From the NCBI GenBank assembly GCA_002633005.1, contig NMRA01000216.1, forward strand, positions 115,499-179,498: a DNA stretch of 64,000 bases. Reading direction: 5' to 3'. Below the pieces are notes generated by a model. The model searched no databases. It saw only the letters and a program-made list of their open reading frames with translations, and was not told the origin of the DNA. Origin of the DNA: Phoronis australis (Eukaryota; Animalia; Phoronida). Position numbers and translations under genes: made by a program. Below are positions 62,915-64,000 of the stretch, in pieces; within the stretch, counting starts at the first letter, position 1, and each line of letters begins with the position of its first letter.

Positions 62915-64000
62915 TTGTACAGCTATTCTGTTTTTGTTTTCCTGTCTAAAGTTTCGTCATGAATATGTCTCTTTTGTTGTTGAGCGCTTAACCAGTTGTT
63001 CACTTTTTAGGTAGGAGATAATTGCACGTACTATCAACCTTTTCAATACAATGTGTTTGGATATTGGGAGTAAAGCAATTTCCCGTCATGCGTACAAAAA
63101 CTTTTGAAATACAAATAGCACCACAAAAACTAAATAGGAACAATTCATCTACTTTCTAGTTAATCAATACACAAGTTAAAGTAACTATTTCCGTTTCATT
63201 TTCGAAAAAACTGATTTGAAACGCAAACCAAATTAAATAAAACATTTCCTATCTAACGGTTTTTGAATTTCTGGTAATCGACATGTCTTGTTCAATCTGT
63301 AACTGGCACTGGGATTTACCCGAGTATTTGAACAATCGTGTCTATTGAACATTACGGGTCGATCACCAGAAATTCAAACAATTTAAAAATATTTCTGTCG
63401 AAGATATTCATTTGATACTCGAGAAGACATATCTTTAATTCATGGAAATGACCTTGCATTTTTATGAAATGATTTTGAATGACGTTCTTGCACAGGGAAT
63501 TTCTGAAAATAATTTAGATCGTCTTAGATGCTAACTCATGGTCTGTATAAGGAAAATCTCCAGGAAAGGAAGACAGCGATTAGTCTACTTTTGGGGACAA
63601 TAAAATAAATTTAGGGATGTTTCTCAAAATGGTTGTTTTTCGCCTTTTTATGGATGGCGTTTGACTAAGCTTTAATTAGCCAACAGGTTACAGTAGTTTT
63701 GTTTCTACCGTTTGGGATATTCCAGCCGATCTGGTTATTTTTGTTGTGTCCACGTGCGCGTGCGCGTGTCGTCTCTTATTATAAGTGGGATTATATAGTT
63801 TTGATCATGTGTTTTAATTCGTCGTTAGATATGTCTGATGATGAACGTAATTGTGGAAACATCTAGTACAAGTATATGTATTATTCGACTAAATGGTCGC
63901 ACGTGAAAACGATTTGAATTTTGAGCAAGATCCAAGCGCCATGGTACACCGAGGCAGTTCTCAGTGCGACCTTCAAACCACTTGTATAACTGGGCTAAGC

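Overview
AT-rich, intron-containing animal genomic DNA, probably a marine invertebrate (inferred from the gene and repeat content; the species cannot be determined from the sequence). It has one 51-N assembly gap at 20691-20741. Two protein-coding genes can be rebuilt by hand from GT-AG splice sites with consistent phases. (1) On the + strand is the 3' end of a divergent axonemal dynein heavy chain, with exons 7881-7998, 9589-9752, 10049-10165, 11720-11929, 12197-12364 and 14041-14367, plus a candidate 27-nt microexon at 1111-1137. (2) On the - strand is a four-exon CDS (60383-60060, 59397-59358, 57421-57344, 56648-55837) encoding a 417-aa secreted protein that joins a PAN/Apple domain to an olfactomedin domain. 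The ORF track shows this gene only as unrelated fragments, and the domain pairing is unusual. The ~40 kb between the genes is mostly decayed transposons: TTAA-flanked Kolobok-like elements, two THAP remnants, a ZNF862-like hAT transposase pseudogene, a Tx1/L1 RT fragment, tRNA-derived SINEs, a TA-flanked Tc1/mariner-type MITE, foldback hairpins, tiny CA...TG elements with 5-bp target-site duplications, and micro/minisatellites. No CRISPR array, rRNA or intact tRNA was seen. All family assignments come from visual motif recognition, not database searches.
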